Assembly: GCA_032718475.1 (NCBI GenBank)
Contig: JAUCBJ010000182.1
Coordinates: 1 to 37,713 of the forward strand
Length of the DNA: 37,713 nt
Source of the DNA: Nemertoderma westbladi
Taxonomy: Eukaryota > Animalia > Xenacoelomorpha
Reading direction: 5' to 3'
The notes beneath the pieces are model-generated. The model was given only the letters and a program-made list of their open reading frames with translations. It did not search any database and was not told the DNA's origin. The position numbers and the translations under genes are program-made. Shown piece by piece: positions 11,717 through 21,160 of the stretch (positions within the stretch are counted from its first letter, which is position 1; each line of letters opens with the position of its first letter).

Positions 11717-13068
11717 TGCAGTTACAGTAGTTATATTATGGGAGTACAAAATAAAGACCTGCAGTTACAGTAGTTATATTATGGGAGTACAAAATAAAGT
11801 CCTAAGACCCAAGACCCAACACCTTAAGACCAAAGACCCTACAAAAGTAAGAGCCCCAGACCTGCAGTTACAGTAGTTATATTATGGGAGTACAAAATAA
11901 AGACCTAATACCCAAAACCCAACACCTTAAGACTAAAGACCCTACAAAAGTAAGACCCCCCCTTTCCCGCCCTGGTACAAAAGTAAATCCCCCTGGTACA
12001 AAAGTAAGACCCCCCTGGTACAAACGTAAGGCCCCCAGGTACAAACGTAAGACCCACCCCAGGTATAAAAGTAAAACCCCCAGGTACAAACGTAAGACCC
12101 CCCCCCCCCAAGGTACAAAAGTAAGACCCCCTGGTACAAAATTAAGACCCCCTGGTACAAACGTAAGGCCCCCAGGTACAAACGTAAGACCCACGTGGCC
12201 CAGGTACAAAAGTAAAACCCCCTGGTACAAAAGTAAGACACCCTGGTACAAACGTAGGCCCCCAGGTACAAACGTAAGACCCAGCCCCCCCCCCCTCCCC
12301 AAGTTACAAAAGTAAGACTCCCTGGTACAAAAGTAAATTCCACTGGTACAAAAGTAAGACACCCTGGTACAAACGTAAGGCCACCTAGGTACAAACGTAA
12401 GACCCACCCCAGGTACAAAAGTAAGACCCCCCAGGTACAAACGTAAGACCCCCCCCCCCAGGTACAAAAGTTAGACCCCCCCCAGGTACAAACGTAAGGC
12501 CCCCAGGTACAAACGTAAGACCCACGTGGCCCAGGTACAAAAGTAAGACCCCCAAGTACAAACGTAAGACCCCCCCCCCCCCCCCCAAGGTACAAAAGTA
12601 AGACCCCCCCTTCCCCGCCCTGGTACAAAAGTAAATCCCCCTGGTACAAATGTAAGACCCCCTGGTACAAACGTAAGGCCCCCAGGTACAAACGTAAGCC
12701 CCACCCTAGGTACAAAAATAAGACCCACCAGGTACAAACGTAAGACCCCCCCCCCCCCCCAAGGTACAAAAGTAAGACCCCCTGGTACAAACGTAAGACC
12801 CACAGGTACAAACGTAAGACCCACCCAGGTACAAAAGTAAGGCCTCCCAGGTACAAAGGTATGACCCCTCCAGGTACAAAAGTAAGAACCCCCCCCCCCC
12901 CCCAACAAGTACAAAAGTAAGACCCCATTGGTACAAAGGTAAGACTCCCCTGGAACAAAAGTAAGACCTCCAGGTACAAAAGTAAGTCCAAGTATGACCC
13001 CTCCAGGTACAAAAAGTAAGACCCCGCCAAGTACAAAAGTAAGACCCCCCTGGTACAAAAGTAAGACA
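11717..13068. repeat. Minisatellite of ~21-bp units (GGTACAAA[A/C]GTAAGACCCCC..), preceded by three copies of a ~44-bp unit
   Basis: About 50 tandem units from ~11941 with variable C-runs. tgcagttacagtagttatattatgggagtacaaaataaag occurs at 11717, 11760 and 11863. Confidence 0.95.
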
Positions 13069-13184
13069 TCTTGAGTGATAGTTGCATGACACTGAATTAC
13101 AACACTATATTCCGGGGGACCTGGTGCAATAAATATTGACGTGACTAAATTAAATTACAAATTTCTAATACAAGAATGATTCTA

Positions 13185-13570
13185 TTTAACCAATATCAGA
13201 CGTTTTAAATTAACATTAAAAATCGAAGTTAAATTTCAACGTTTGTTTAATATTGGGTTTAGTGATTTATGTTCATGATTAAATTTAACCAATGTCTGAC
13301 GTTTCAAAATAACGTTAAAAATCTATGTTAAAATTCAACGTTTGTTTAACGATTGGGTTTAGTGATTTTTGTACATGATTAAATTTAACCAATGTCAGAC
13401 GCTTCAAAATAACGTTAAAAATTGATGTTAAAATTCAACGTCTGTTTAACGTTTGTGTTTAGTCATTTTTGTTCATGATTAAATTTATCCAATGTCAGAC
13501 GTTTCAAAATAACGTTAAAAATCTATGTTAAAATTGAACGTCGGTTTAACGTTTGGATTTAGTTGATTTT
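13185..13570. repeat. Four ~100-bp subterminal tandem repeats of the CMC-like element
   Basis: ttta.ccaat.tc.gacg recurs at ~13185, 13284, 13384 and 13484. Confidence 0.9.
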
Positions 13571-14244
13571 AGACATGTAGTTTTTACGATTATAAGACGT
13601 TAGAAAACGTTTTTTCTAAGATATTTTTATAACTTTATTTTTCTAACCTGAAACAGACTAAAGTCTAACGTTAGATTAGCGTAATTAACGTAAAATGTTT
13701 GCAGGGCATTGTAGAGCCTATATGCGACGATACTGATGAATGGAGTATCGCTCCTCCCGGTCGAGCTGATCAAACAAAGACTTTAATTCGGGATAATTAC
13801 CTCGAAAGACGTCCTCTCCATTCCCATGCTATGGGACTCAGGACCACCCGGATTTCGTCACGCTCGGTTGACATTGTGCAACGAAACTCGAGCATCCCGT
13901 CTGCAGCGTGGATTTCCTATCTCTGGTTAATCCCCTCGACGATACCGAAGTCGAGCCCCTGCAGAAGTATCTCGACCATGTAATAAAGTCAAATATCTTT
14001 CGACTCGACCCAAAGGGACGACGAAATATCCCTTCTGAAATATATCTGATTGTGGTATTACTCTGCGAATTTACAGCGGATTGCGCGATCACGTTAGCCT
14101 ATGTAAAGTTATTGCGCTATTTTGTTCCCACATCAATCGTGGTTAGCGAACCTCAACCGGGAACATATACTGGTGGATCGACCGTACGAACTGTCGCACA
14201 TCCCTTCTGACCCATTGGAACTTCATCCTTCCGCCGCTGAGGGG

Positions 14245-15044
14245 CTACTACTACTACTAGGATCGGCATGCTGCATTGCAGCTGCATTTTTAAGAATGCT
14301 GTGCCGGCTTATCGACAAAATTGCACCGCCACAACTCCCTATCACCCATGACATTTGCTAGAATATCCGCATCTTCAAGGCCAGTGTCCTTTAAGATGCG
14401 TCTCAAGAAAGTCATGGGCTGTCTACCATGCTTATTCACTCCATGAGGCTGCCAAAGTACAAGATTATGCACTGGCTGGTCCTCACGGCGAAAGCAATGT
14501 CCTGCAAAGCGGAGGCGATTTTGTTCTAGTGTCAAGCTTGGGAGAACCAATGAGACACCTCCAATGTTATATAGTGTCTCGTTGGAGATGTGTGCATTGT
14601 ACTTGACACAATGAACCCGGCGTAGCATTCTTGTGAATGTGCCATCCAGAGATTTGGTGTCCTCAGCAGTTAGAGCCCAGCATGGACTCCCATAGAGGAG
14701 TACTGGAACTACTGCTGCTCTAAATAATCGGACCTTAAGTTTCCGATTAATTCTCAGTGACTTCCAAATCCTGGAAAGCCTATTCAAGGCTGCACATGCC
14801 TTTCCCTTACGTATTCGAAGGTCCTCACCTGACTTCCAGATCCATGATCCCAATTTTGTCGATAAGCCGGCACAGCATTCTTATAAATGCAGCTGCAATG
14901 CAGCACGCCGATCCTAGTAGTATCCCAGGTAACAGAAGTCATCCACATGCTCAAGCATACCATCTTTTGAGCTTATGCTCATCCGATCAGAGACTTGCTG
15001 AGGACTTTCAATGTTAACTGTAAAAATTTTGGTCTTTCTGGAGT
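14245..15044 (-). mobile_element. 5'-truncated RTE LINE copy
   Basis: Nearly identical to 15609-16330. (TAG)n tail at 14245-14260. ORF 14290-14853 equals the C-terminus of the 1105-aa ORF. No TSD seen. Confidence 0.95.
14853..14921 (+). mobile_element. 69-bp RTE 3'-end inserted in inverted orientation inside the truncated RTE
   Basis: attttgtcgataagccggcacagc...gatcctagtagt flanked by ATCCCA at 14847-14852 and 14922-14927. The full-length copy has a single atccca at this site. Confidence 0.9.
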
Positions 15045-15383
15045 GAAACACTCGAATAAAATAAAAACTTTGTGAGAATGGGACACGGCGAATCTACCCA
15101 TGTTCATTTTATACCAGGTGGGATAAATGTTATCCTTCTAAATCATTAATTACCGATAGAAGAACCGATATAATTCGATAAATTTCGCTCGAAAATCACG
15201 AAAATCGCCCTCTAGCGGCAGACGGGCGAACTTCAGACGGCTCTTGCTACGAGTTAGGGCGAGACCTTTCTAACGAGCCATAGCAAGCGAGATTTCATCA
15301 AGATGGGTTCGATTGTATAGCCGATGACAAACACACACACAGACAGACTGACTGACAGACAATCGAGATTTATATATATCAGA
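15045..15383 (-). mobile_element. Probable 5' end of a non-autonomous Helitron
   Basis: Minus strand begins A|TCTGATATATATAAATC followed by a (TGTC/TG)n microsatellite, the usual 5' layout of short invertebrate Helitrons. No 3' CTAG or hairpin found. Confidence 0.45.
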
Positions 15384-15608
15384 TATACTGAATATATAAT
15401 AAATATTCCGATAAATTCCGTTGAGAAGTATTCTTAGTATCAATTAACAATAATTGTACCTTTCCATTCAGCACATTAAAAATTGCAAAATTCTGCAGTT
15501 AGCAATAGAGTCGCAATAAATTTACAATAGGGTTGGAGGGCGAAATATGATAAAGGAACAAAATGTTAACTAATTTTTTTTATTGGTGTTGGTGTAGTTA
15601 TGGTAGTA

Positions 15609-18600
15609 CTACTACTACTAGGATCGGCATGCTGCATTGCAGCTGCATTTTTAAGAATGCTGTGCCGGCTTGTCAACAAAATTGCACCGCCACAACTCCC
15701 TATCACCCATGACATTTGCTAGATCATCCGCATCTTTAAGGCCAGTGTCCTTTAAGATGCGTCTCAAGAAAGTCATGGGCTGTCCACCATGCTTATTCAC
15801 TCCATGAGGCTGCCAAAGTACAAGATTATGCACTGGCTGGTCCTCACGGCGAAAGCAATGTCCTGCAAAGCGGAGGCGATTTTGTTCTAGTGTCAAGCTT
15901 GGGGGAACCAATGAGACACCTCCAATGTTATATAGTGTCTGGTTGGAGATGTGTGCATTGTACTTGACACAATGTACCCGGCGTAGCATTCTTGTGAATG
16001 TGCCATCCAGAGATTTGGTGTCCTCAGCAGTTAGAGCCCAGCATGGACTCCCGTAGAGGAGTACTGGAACTACTGCTGCTCTAAATAATCGGACCTTAAG
16101 TTTCCGATTAATTCTAGGTGACTTCCAAATCCTGGAAAGCCTATTCAAGGCTGCCCATGCCTTTCCCTTACGTATTCGAAGGTCCTCACCTGACTTCCGG
16201 ATCCATGATCCCAGGTAACAGAAGTCGTCCACATGCTCAAGCATACCATCCTTTGAGCTTATGCTCATCCGATCAGAGACTTGCTGAGGACTTTCAAAGT
16301 TAACAGTCAGAATTTTGGTCTTTCTGGAGTTAATAAAAAGACCAACACTAGAAGCAGCATGTTCTAATGAGCTGAGGAGCCGCTGGGCTCCCTCTAATGA
16401 TTCTGAGAGTACTCCTAAGTCATCAGCAAAGTCTAGATCAGTTAGGTACTTGGCAGGATTTCCTCGACTTCTGGAGCCAGTAGGTGGAGTTATCATCACC
16501 CCATCATCATTATGATGATCTAAGGACATGCGTAGAACATAGTCAACCACAATAATGAACAAGAATGGTGCAAGTGTGTCTCCTTGGAGGACGCCCCATA
16601 ACACTTCAAATGGTTCTGTGTCACCGTCAACAGTAGACACAAATGTTGTCGAACCATCGTATACTGATCTGATTGCTGCAATAATTTCATCAGGAATCCC
16701 ATATAATGAAAGTATGCTGAACATACGTGAGCGAGAGACTGAATCAAAGGCCTTGAAGAAGTCAACAAAGATAACAGCCAGATGCCTGTCTTTCTTTTTT
16801 GATAACTCTTCAATTATCCTTCTAAGTGCCAAAATGGGCTCCATGGTCCCACGACCTTTACGGAACCCATTCTGATTTCCACGTAGCAGTCTCTCAATGG
16901 GATCCCTGATGCGATTTAATAGAATTCTATTGTATAGTTTTGCAGCGATCGAGATCAATGAGATTCCCCGAAAAGAACCATAGAGTGTTAGGTTGCCCTT
17001 CTTGGGAACTGGCACCAACTTATTTGTTTTCATTTCTTGTGGGACTCTTGTTGTACGGTACATGTCTACTATGATGGGATAGATGAGCTTTAAACACTCA
17101 GGTATTTTAAAGACCTCAGGGGGAACACCATCTACTCCACTGGCACGATTGGTCTTAATGCTCTTTGCAGCAGCCTTCACTTCTGCAAAGGAGATATCGC
17201 CAATGGGAATATCTGGGAGTACAGACTCAGACACTTTTACTTCTATAAAGTTATCAGGCAATACCCTGTCATTATTGAGGAGCTTTTCAAAGTGGGCTTT
17301 CCAACCATTGAGGCGATCGGCTGGTGATTCAGCCTTAACCTTGGTGGTTGGTTGGCTTTTCCGCCCAGTAAGCAGATTGATCGATTTCCATGCCTGGGAT
17401 GATTGCCTGCTGTCGTCAGCATCATTGATGGCATCAACCTGTTGGTTTATTAGCTCCTGTAGATTAACAGAGTACTGCCTGTTCAGGGACCTAGATGCAG
17501 CTTTAACTGCATTCTTGGCCGCTGTAGTCTGTTTGAGTCGGGACTCTTTCTGCGCCTTATGAAGGTCATTTCGGCACTTCTGAATTTTGTTGTCAGTCCA
17601 GGGGGCCCTTTTCCTGTTTCGAGGGTATACAGGAACTGTTTCTGCAGCTGCTAACTTAACTGCTTCTGTAAAGGCAGTATAGCCCTCACAGTGATCTGCC
17701 GCCTCAGAGGCAAGAGCCTCATACCTGTTGCTCAGCTGTAGTGTGAAGCTGGATCTCACACTTGGCTGTTGCAACAGAGAGGACCAGTCATGCCGTGGCA
17801 AGGCAGATTTCGTTGTTCTGCTAGCACGCAGACTAAGTCTTACCTTGGCCACAATAAGGCGGTGATCACTGGAGAAGGGTCGAAGTGTAAATGCATTACA
17901 GTCTTGTATAGAGCTCCTGTATTTCCTACGAAACAGAATATGGTCTATCTGGGACTTGTGACCACTGGGTCCACTATGAGTCCATAGCTTTCCAGTTCGC
18001 TTCTTGAACTGGGTTCCAGCCGAAAACAATCCATTTCCAGAGATAAAATCCTGAAGATGGACAGAATTTCGGTTAACACTATTGCTATAGACCCAGGGCG
18101 ATGTAGGTGATTGATGCAGACTTGCATTAAAGTCTCCCAGGAATGTTAAGAATGCATGCTGATCCACTCCATCAGTTGCTGCTTGTAGATTGTGGTAGAA
18201 ATTTTCCACCTCCTCTACAGGGGCAACACTAGTTGGAGAGTAGCACACAATCAGAACCACCTTAGGAAACTTCTTAGCCAGTCTTCCAGAACATGAGAAG
18301 TGGCAACGGATGATGCGGTTAGAGATTTGGTCTATTTTGTCCAATGCTGCATGTGCAGTTGGATTCATCAATAGACCAATTCCACCATTGCCACTATCAT
18401 CTGCTGACGCGAGGGCGAGTCGCCAACCGCCCCCCATGTCCTTAATCAGAACCTCATCAGTCTGTCCAGTCTGCATTCGGTGCTCTTGAACACCCACTGC
18501 GCTAAGAGAAAGCTTATCTGCCAAGGCAGTCAGCACACCTTGTCGCATTGGGGACCCGAGTGTTAGGGTGTTTACTGAGGCTAGTCTAGTGACTTGCCTC

Positions 18601-19370
18601 AGATTCACCAATGGCTTTGTTGGTCGGGGTGGAACATGAGAGTAGCCTCCAACTCCAGAATCCCTCTCCCCATCACAATCTGGCCTCCCTGGTGACCCAG
18701 GGTTTGGGCCAGAAAGGTCATCAGGAAAGGGACTCAAAGAATTGTTGGCTGCTCTCTCTCCAGTAGGGGGTGAGACAGGCAGCCGGTCAGGAGTTAACAG
18801 ACGCCTGTGAGGCCGATTGTGTCCGGTAATTCCACTGGCCTCTAGTGGCCGGACCTCCGCATTGCTAATGTAATCCATAGTGGGGGTTGGGGGGTGCTTT
18901 TTTGCCGAGTCAGCTCTCGGGGCAAATACCACACCCTGGTTTGCCATTCCACAGGGTGGGTGTCGCAATGGAGTCAGATATGAGGCCCATCACCCATATC
19001 TACTCTGGCGTACATGACCCACCATTGGCTGTTGCAGCTCATCTGCTGGGTCATGCCCTGTACCCTTGCTGCCAGGTGCAGGTCGCAGTGAAGTGCCCTC
19101 AGAGTGGACATGAGAACACTCTACTCCTAACCAGCCATTGGTAGATCACCATCTGCCTGGTCAGGCCATATACCCCTGCAGCCAAGTATATGGGTCCTTA
19201 ATCCAGGACCAAGGGCGTCCTTATCCCAGAACGAAGGGGGTCCTAGTTACAGGACCAGATTTGCCCTAGTAAGAGGGTCTATGCAGCTACAGGTGGCACC
19301 TCCTTTATGCTGCATGGAGGTGGCAAGTTTTCTTGATCAATGACCTAGAATACCTGACCTGACCGATTAT
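15609..19370 (-). mobile_element. Full-length RTE-clade LINE (~3.76 kb)
   Basis: 14-bp TSD TAGTTATGGTAGTA at 15595-15608 and 19371-19384. Single ORF, ~400-bp 5' UTR, ~30-bp 3' UTR with a GCTGCA-A-TGCAGC inverted repeat, and (TAG)n tail. Confidence 0.95.
15651..18968 (-). CDS. RTE ORF: AP endonuclease plus reverse transcriptase (uninterrupted; first ATG ~18947)
   Basis: APE motifs VQEHR, YSPT, GDFNA, QIDHIL, SDHRL. RT motifs QNGFRKGRGT, FVDFFKAFDSV, GVLQGDTLAPFLF, DFADDL, FCYLGS. RTE-type C-terminus RLRFAGHCFR. Confidence 0.96.
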   Translation of the reverse strand: MRHPPCGMANQGVVFAPRADSAKKHPPTPTMDYISNAEVRPLEASGITGHNRPHRRLLTPDRLPVSPPTGERAANNSLSPFPDDLSGPNPGSPGRPDCDGERDSGVGGYSHVPPRPTKPLVNLRQVTRLASVNTLTLGSPMRQGVLTALADKLSLSAVGVQEHRMQTGQTDEVLIKDMGGGWRLALASADDSGNGGIGLLMNPTAHAALDKIDQISNRIIRCHFSCSGRLAKKFPKVVLIVCYSPTSVAPVEEVENFYHNLQAATDGVDQHAFLTFLGDFNASLHQSPTSPWVYSNSVNRNSVHLQDFISGNGLFSAGTQFKKRTGKLWTHSGPSGHKSQIDHILFRRKYRSSIQDCNAFTLRPFSSDHRLIVAKVRLSLRASRTTKSALPRHDWSSLLQQPSVRSSFTLQLSNRYEALASEAADHCEGYTAFTEAVKLAAAETVPVYPRNRKRAPWTDNKIQKCRNDLHKAQKESRLKQTTAAKNAVKAASRSLNRQYSVNLQELINQQVDAINDADDSRQSSQAWKSINLLTGRKSQPTTKVKAESPADRLNGWKAHFEKLLNNDRVLPDNFIEVKVSESVLPDIPIGDISFAEVKAAAKSIKTNRASGVDGVPPEVFKIPECLKLIYPIIVDMYRTTRVPQEMKTNKLVPVPKKGNLTLYGSFRGISLISIAAKLYNRILLNRIRDPIERLLRGNQNGFRKGRGTMEPILALRRIIEELSKKKDRHLAVIFVDFFKAFDSVSRSRMFSILSLYGIPDEIIAAIRSVYDGSTTFVSTVDGDTEPFEVLWGVLQGDTLAPFLFIIVVDYVLRMSLDHHNDDGVMITPPTGSRSRGNPAKYLTDLDFADDLGVLSESLEGAQRLLSSLEHAASSVGLFINSRKTKILTVNFESPQQVSDRMSISSKDGMLEHVDDFCYLGSWIRKSGEDLRIRKGKAWAALNRLSRIWKSPRINRKLKVRLFRAAVVPVLLYGSPCWALTAEDTKSLDGTFTRMLRRVHCVKYNAHISNQTLYNIGGVSLVPPSLTLEQNRLRFAGHCFRREDQPVHNLVLWQPHGVNKHGGQPMTFLRRILKDTGLKDADDLANVMGDRELWRCNFVDKPAQHS

Positions 19371-20603
19371 TAGTTATGGTAGTAAACTAAGGCACAACCA
19401 TCTAAATTTCCTAATTAATTACCAACTAATTAATTACTAAATAAAATTAAAGTTAATAATTAAAGTTAATTGGTATGAAAACTATTGACTTTCATTATAT
19501 TGACTTACCGGTATTCCTTTTTACATTAAATGCTGTTGTTGATAAAACGAGTATCATATAAAAAATTCCAGTGGCTACAAACGAACCCGCCATTAACACT
19601 TCAGTTATTTAGGATAATTATGGTTTAATATAATACTAAATTAGATTCACTGGAGTGTAAATTATAACAATATTAAAATATTAAATAGTTCTATTTGTGC
19701 AATATCATAAAGTAATATGTCGTTCATGATGACTCATATTACTAGTATGTAATGCTGTGTAATTTAATCCCTTCACACTTCTTGTGAATAACGCAGTAGG
19801 TGGGGATACCTCTGCTCTGGTTGATACATTGTAACTAATATAATGTAATTCTCCAACGGTTGTGAAGTTACTTTATAGATCTGGGATATTAACACTCCTC
19901 ATCACGGTGGTTTTTTTAGGATTTATAATTTCGTTGCATTTTGGTTCCTTCACTTATCACCTATATGCCAGCCAGGTTATGCCATAGACGCGATTTTTTT
20001 TTTGGCGCGATATAGTACACATGGACTAATTAATATTGTAAATTATGTAGTAAATTATATTATTATTTGTTATTAAATCATGCCGCAGGGGCCTATAGTA
20101 AACATGAAGACACAAAATAGCACATGATAAAGAAATATAATACACAGAGCGAACTCTGCTACATATACCACTTATAACGGAGGTACTATGTACGCAGAGG
20201 ATTGAATCATGCGAGATACGGTATTATATTGAATACAGCAAACAAAATAATGTTACCAGATTAATTAAATTATAATTAATTCACGCGGCTTTTATGTCCA
20301 ACAGGTAAACATTTCATGTGAAACTAATTTCTCTACCAACCCCCCCACCCCCGCCCCCTCATTCCCCACCACTCCATTCCCATTCATTTTTTAGGTACCC
20401 CAAAATTTTGGTCACTCAATTTTTTTCAAATTTCTTATTGCTATAAATTATTATGACTGATACATACATTCGATCTTTGTCATGATTTTTACCTTTATTG
20501 AGTAACGTTAAATCCCGTGGAAGTGTTTAGTATCGGTAATAATGCGTTTGTATATTTTTTAAAGCATCAATATATGAAAAGTGCTGGTATATAGCACTTT
20601 ACA

Positions 20604-21035
20604 AACTGAAATTTTTCAAGTTTGAAAAATACGTTTGAAGACACCGATTATTTTCCTATTTAGGTTTTCAATTCCGATGGCAATCATTATTTTCAACAAA
20701 TCCGATGACTTGTCGATTTTTGGCAGCACCACAAACATGAAAATTACAAGTAATTGAAATTTTTCAAGTATGAAAAACATATATGAAGACACCTATTATT
20801 TTCCTGTTTAGGTTTTCAAGGGTCCTGATTCCGAAAATTGTCAGTTACTCATTACTTCTATTTTCGTGTTTGGGGTGCCGCCAAAAGTCGACAAGTCATC
20901 GGATTTGTTGAAAATAATGATTGCCATCGGAATCAGGACCCTTGAAAACCTAAATAGAAAAAATAATCGTGTCTTCAAGTGAATTTTTTAAATTTGAAAA
21001 ATGTTGGGTACTTGCAATTTTCGTGTTTGGGGTGC
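20604..21035. repeat. ~150-bp repeat units, two direct then inverted (fold-back remnant of a TIR element)
   Basis: ttccgatggcaatcattattttcaacaaatccgatgacttgtcga (~20672-20716) recurs as its reverse complement at ~20888-20932. tgaaatttttcaagt at ~20607 and ~20755. Confidence 0.8.
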
Positions 21036-21160
21036 ACACCCAGTAACACAAAAATGCAATTTGACTGGATATAATATCTGACACGAACAACAGTGTTCTT
21101 GGAAACCTATAAAACGTAACTATCTAGTTATCAGAATCACTTTACAGTCATGAAAATAAT

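Larger units (their letters stand above)
9637..13706. mobile_element. Non-autonomous CMC/EnSpm-like DNA transposon
   Basis: Perfect 15-bp TIR CCCTGCAAACATTTT / AAAATGTTTGCAGGG that extends imperfectly. 2-bp TSD CA (9635-9636, 13707-13708). Dense subterminal AACGTT motifs at both ends. No transposase. Confidence 0.82.

Noticed and set aside
11877-13092. Many long ORFs on both strands (GLTFVPG/YFCT repeats)
   Set aside because: Translation artefacts of the 21-bp minisatellite.
16118-17987. Plus-strand ORFs over the RTE (and likewise over pol at 29415-31770 and the extra ORF)
   Set aside because: Antisense shadows of real coding frames with no motifs of their own.
21038-21160. CCCAGTAACACAAAA, possible left end of another CMC-like element
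   Set aside because: No matching right TIR or TSD in the window.
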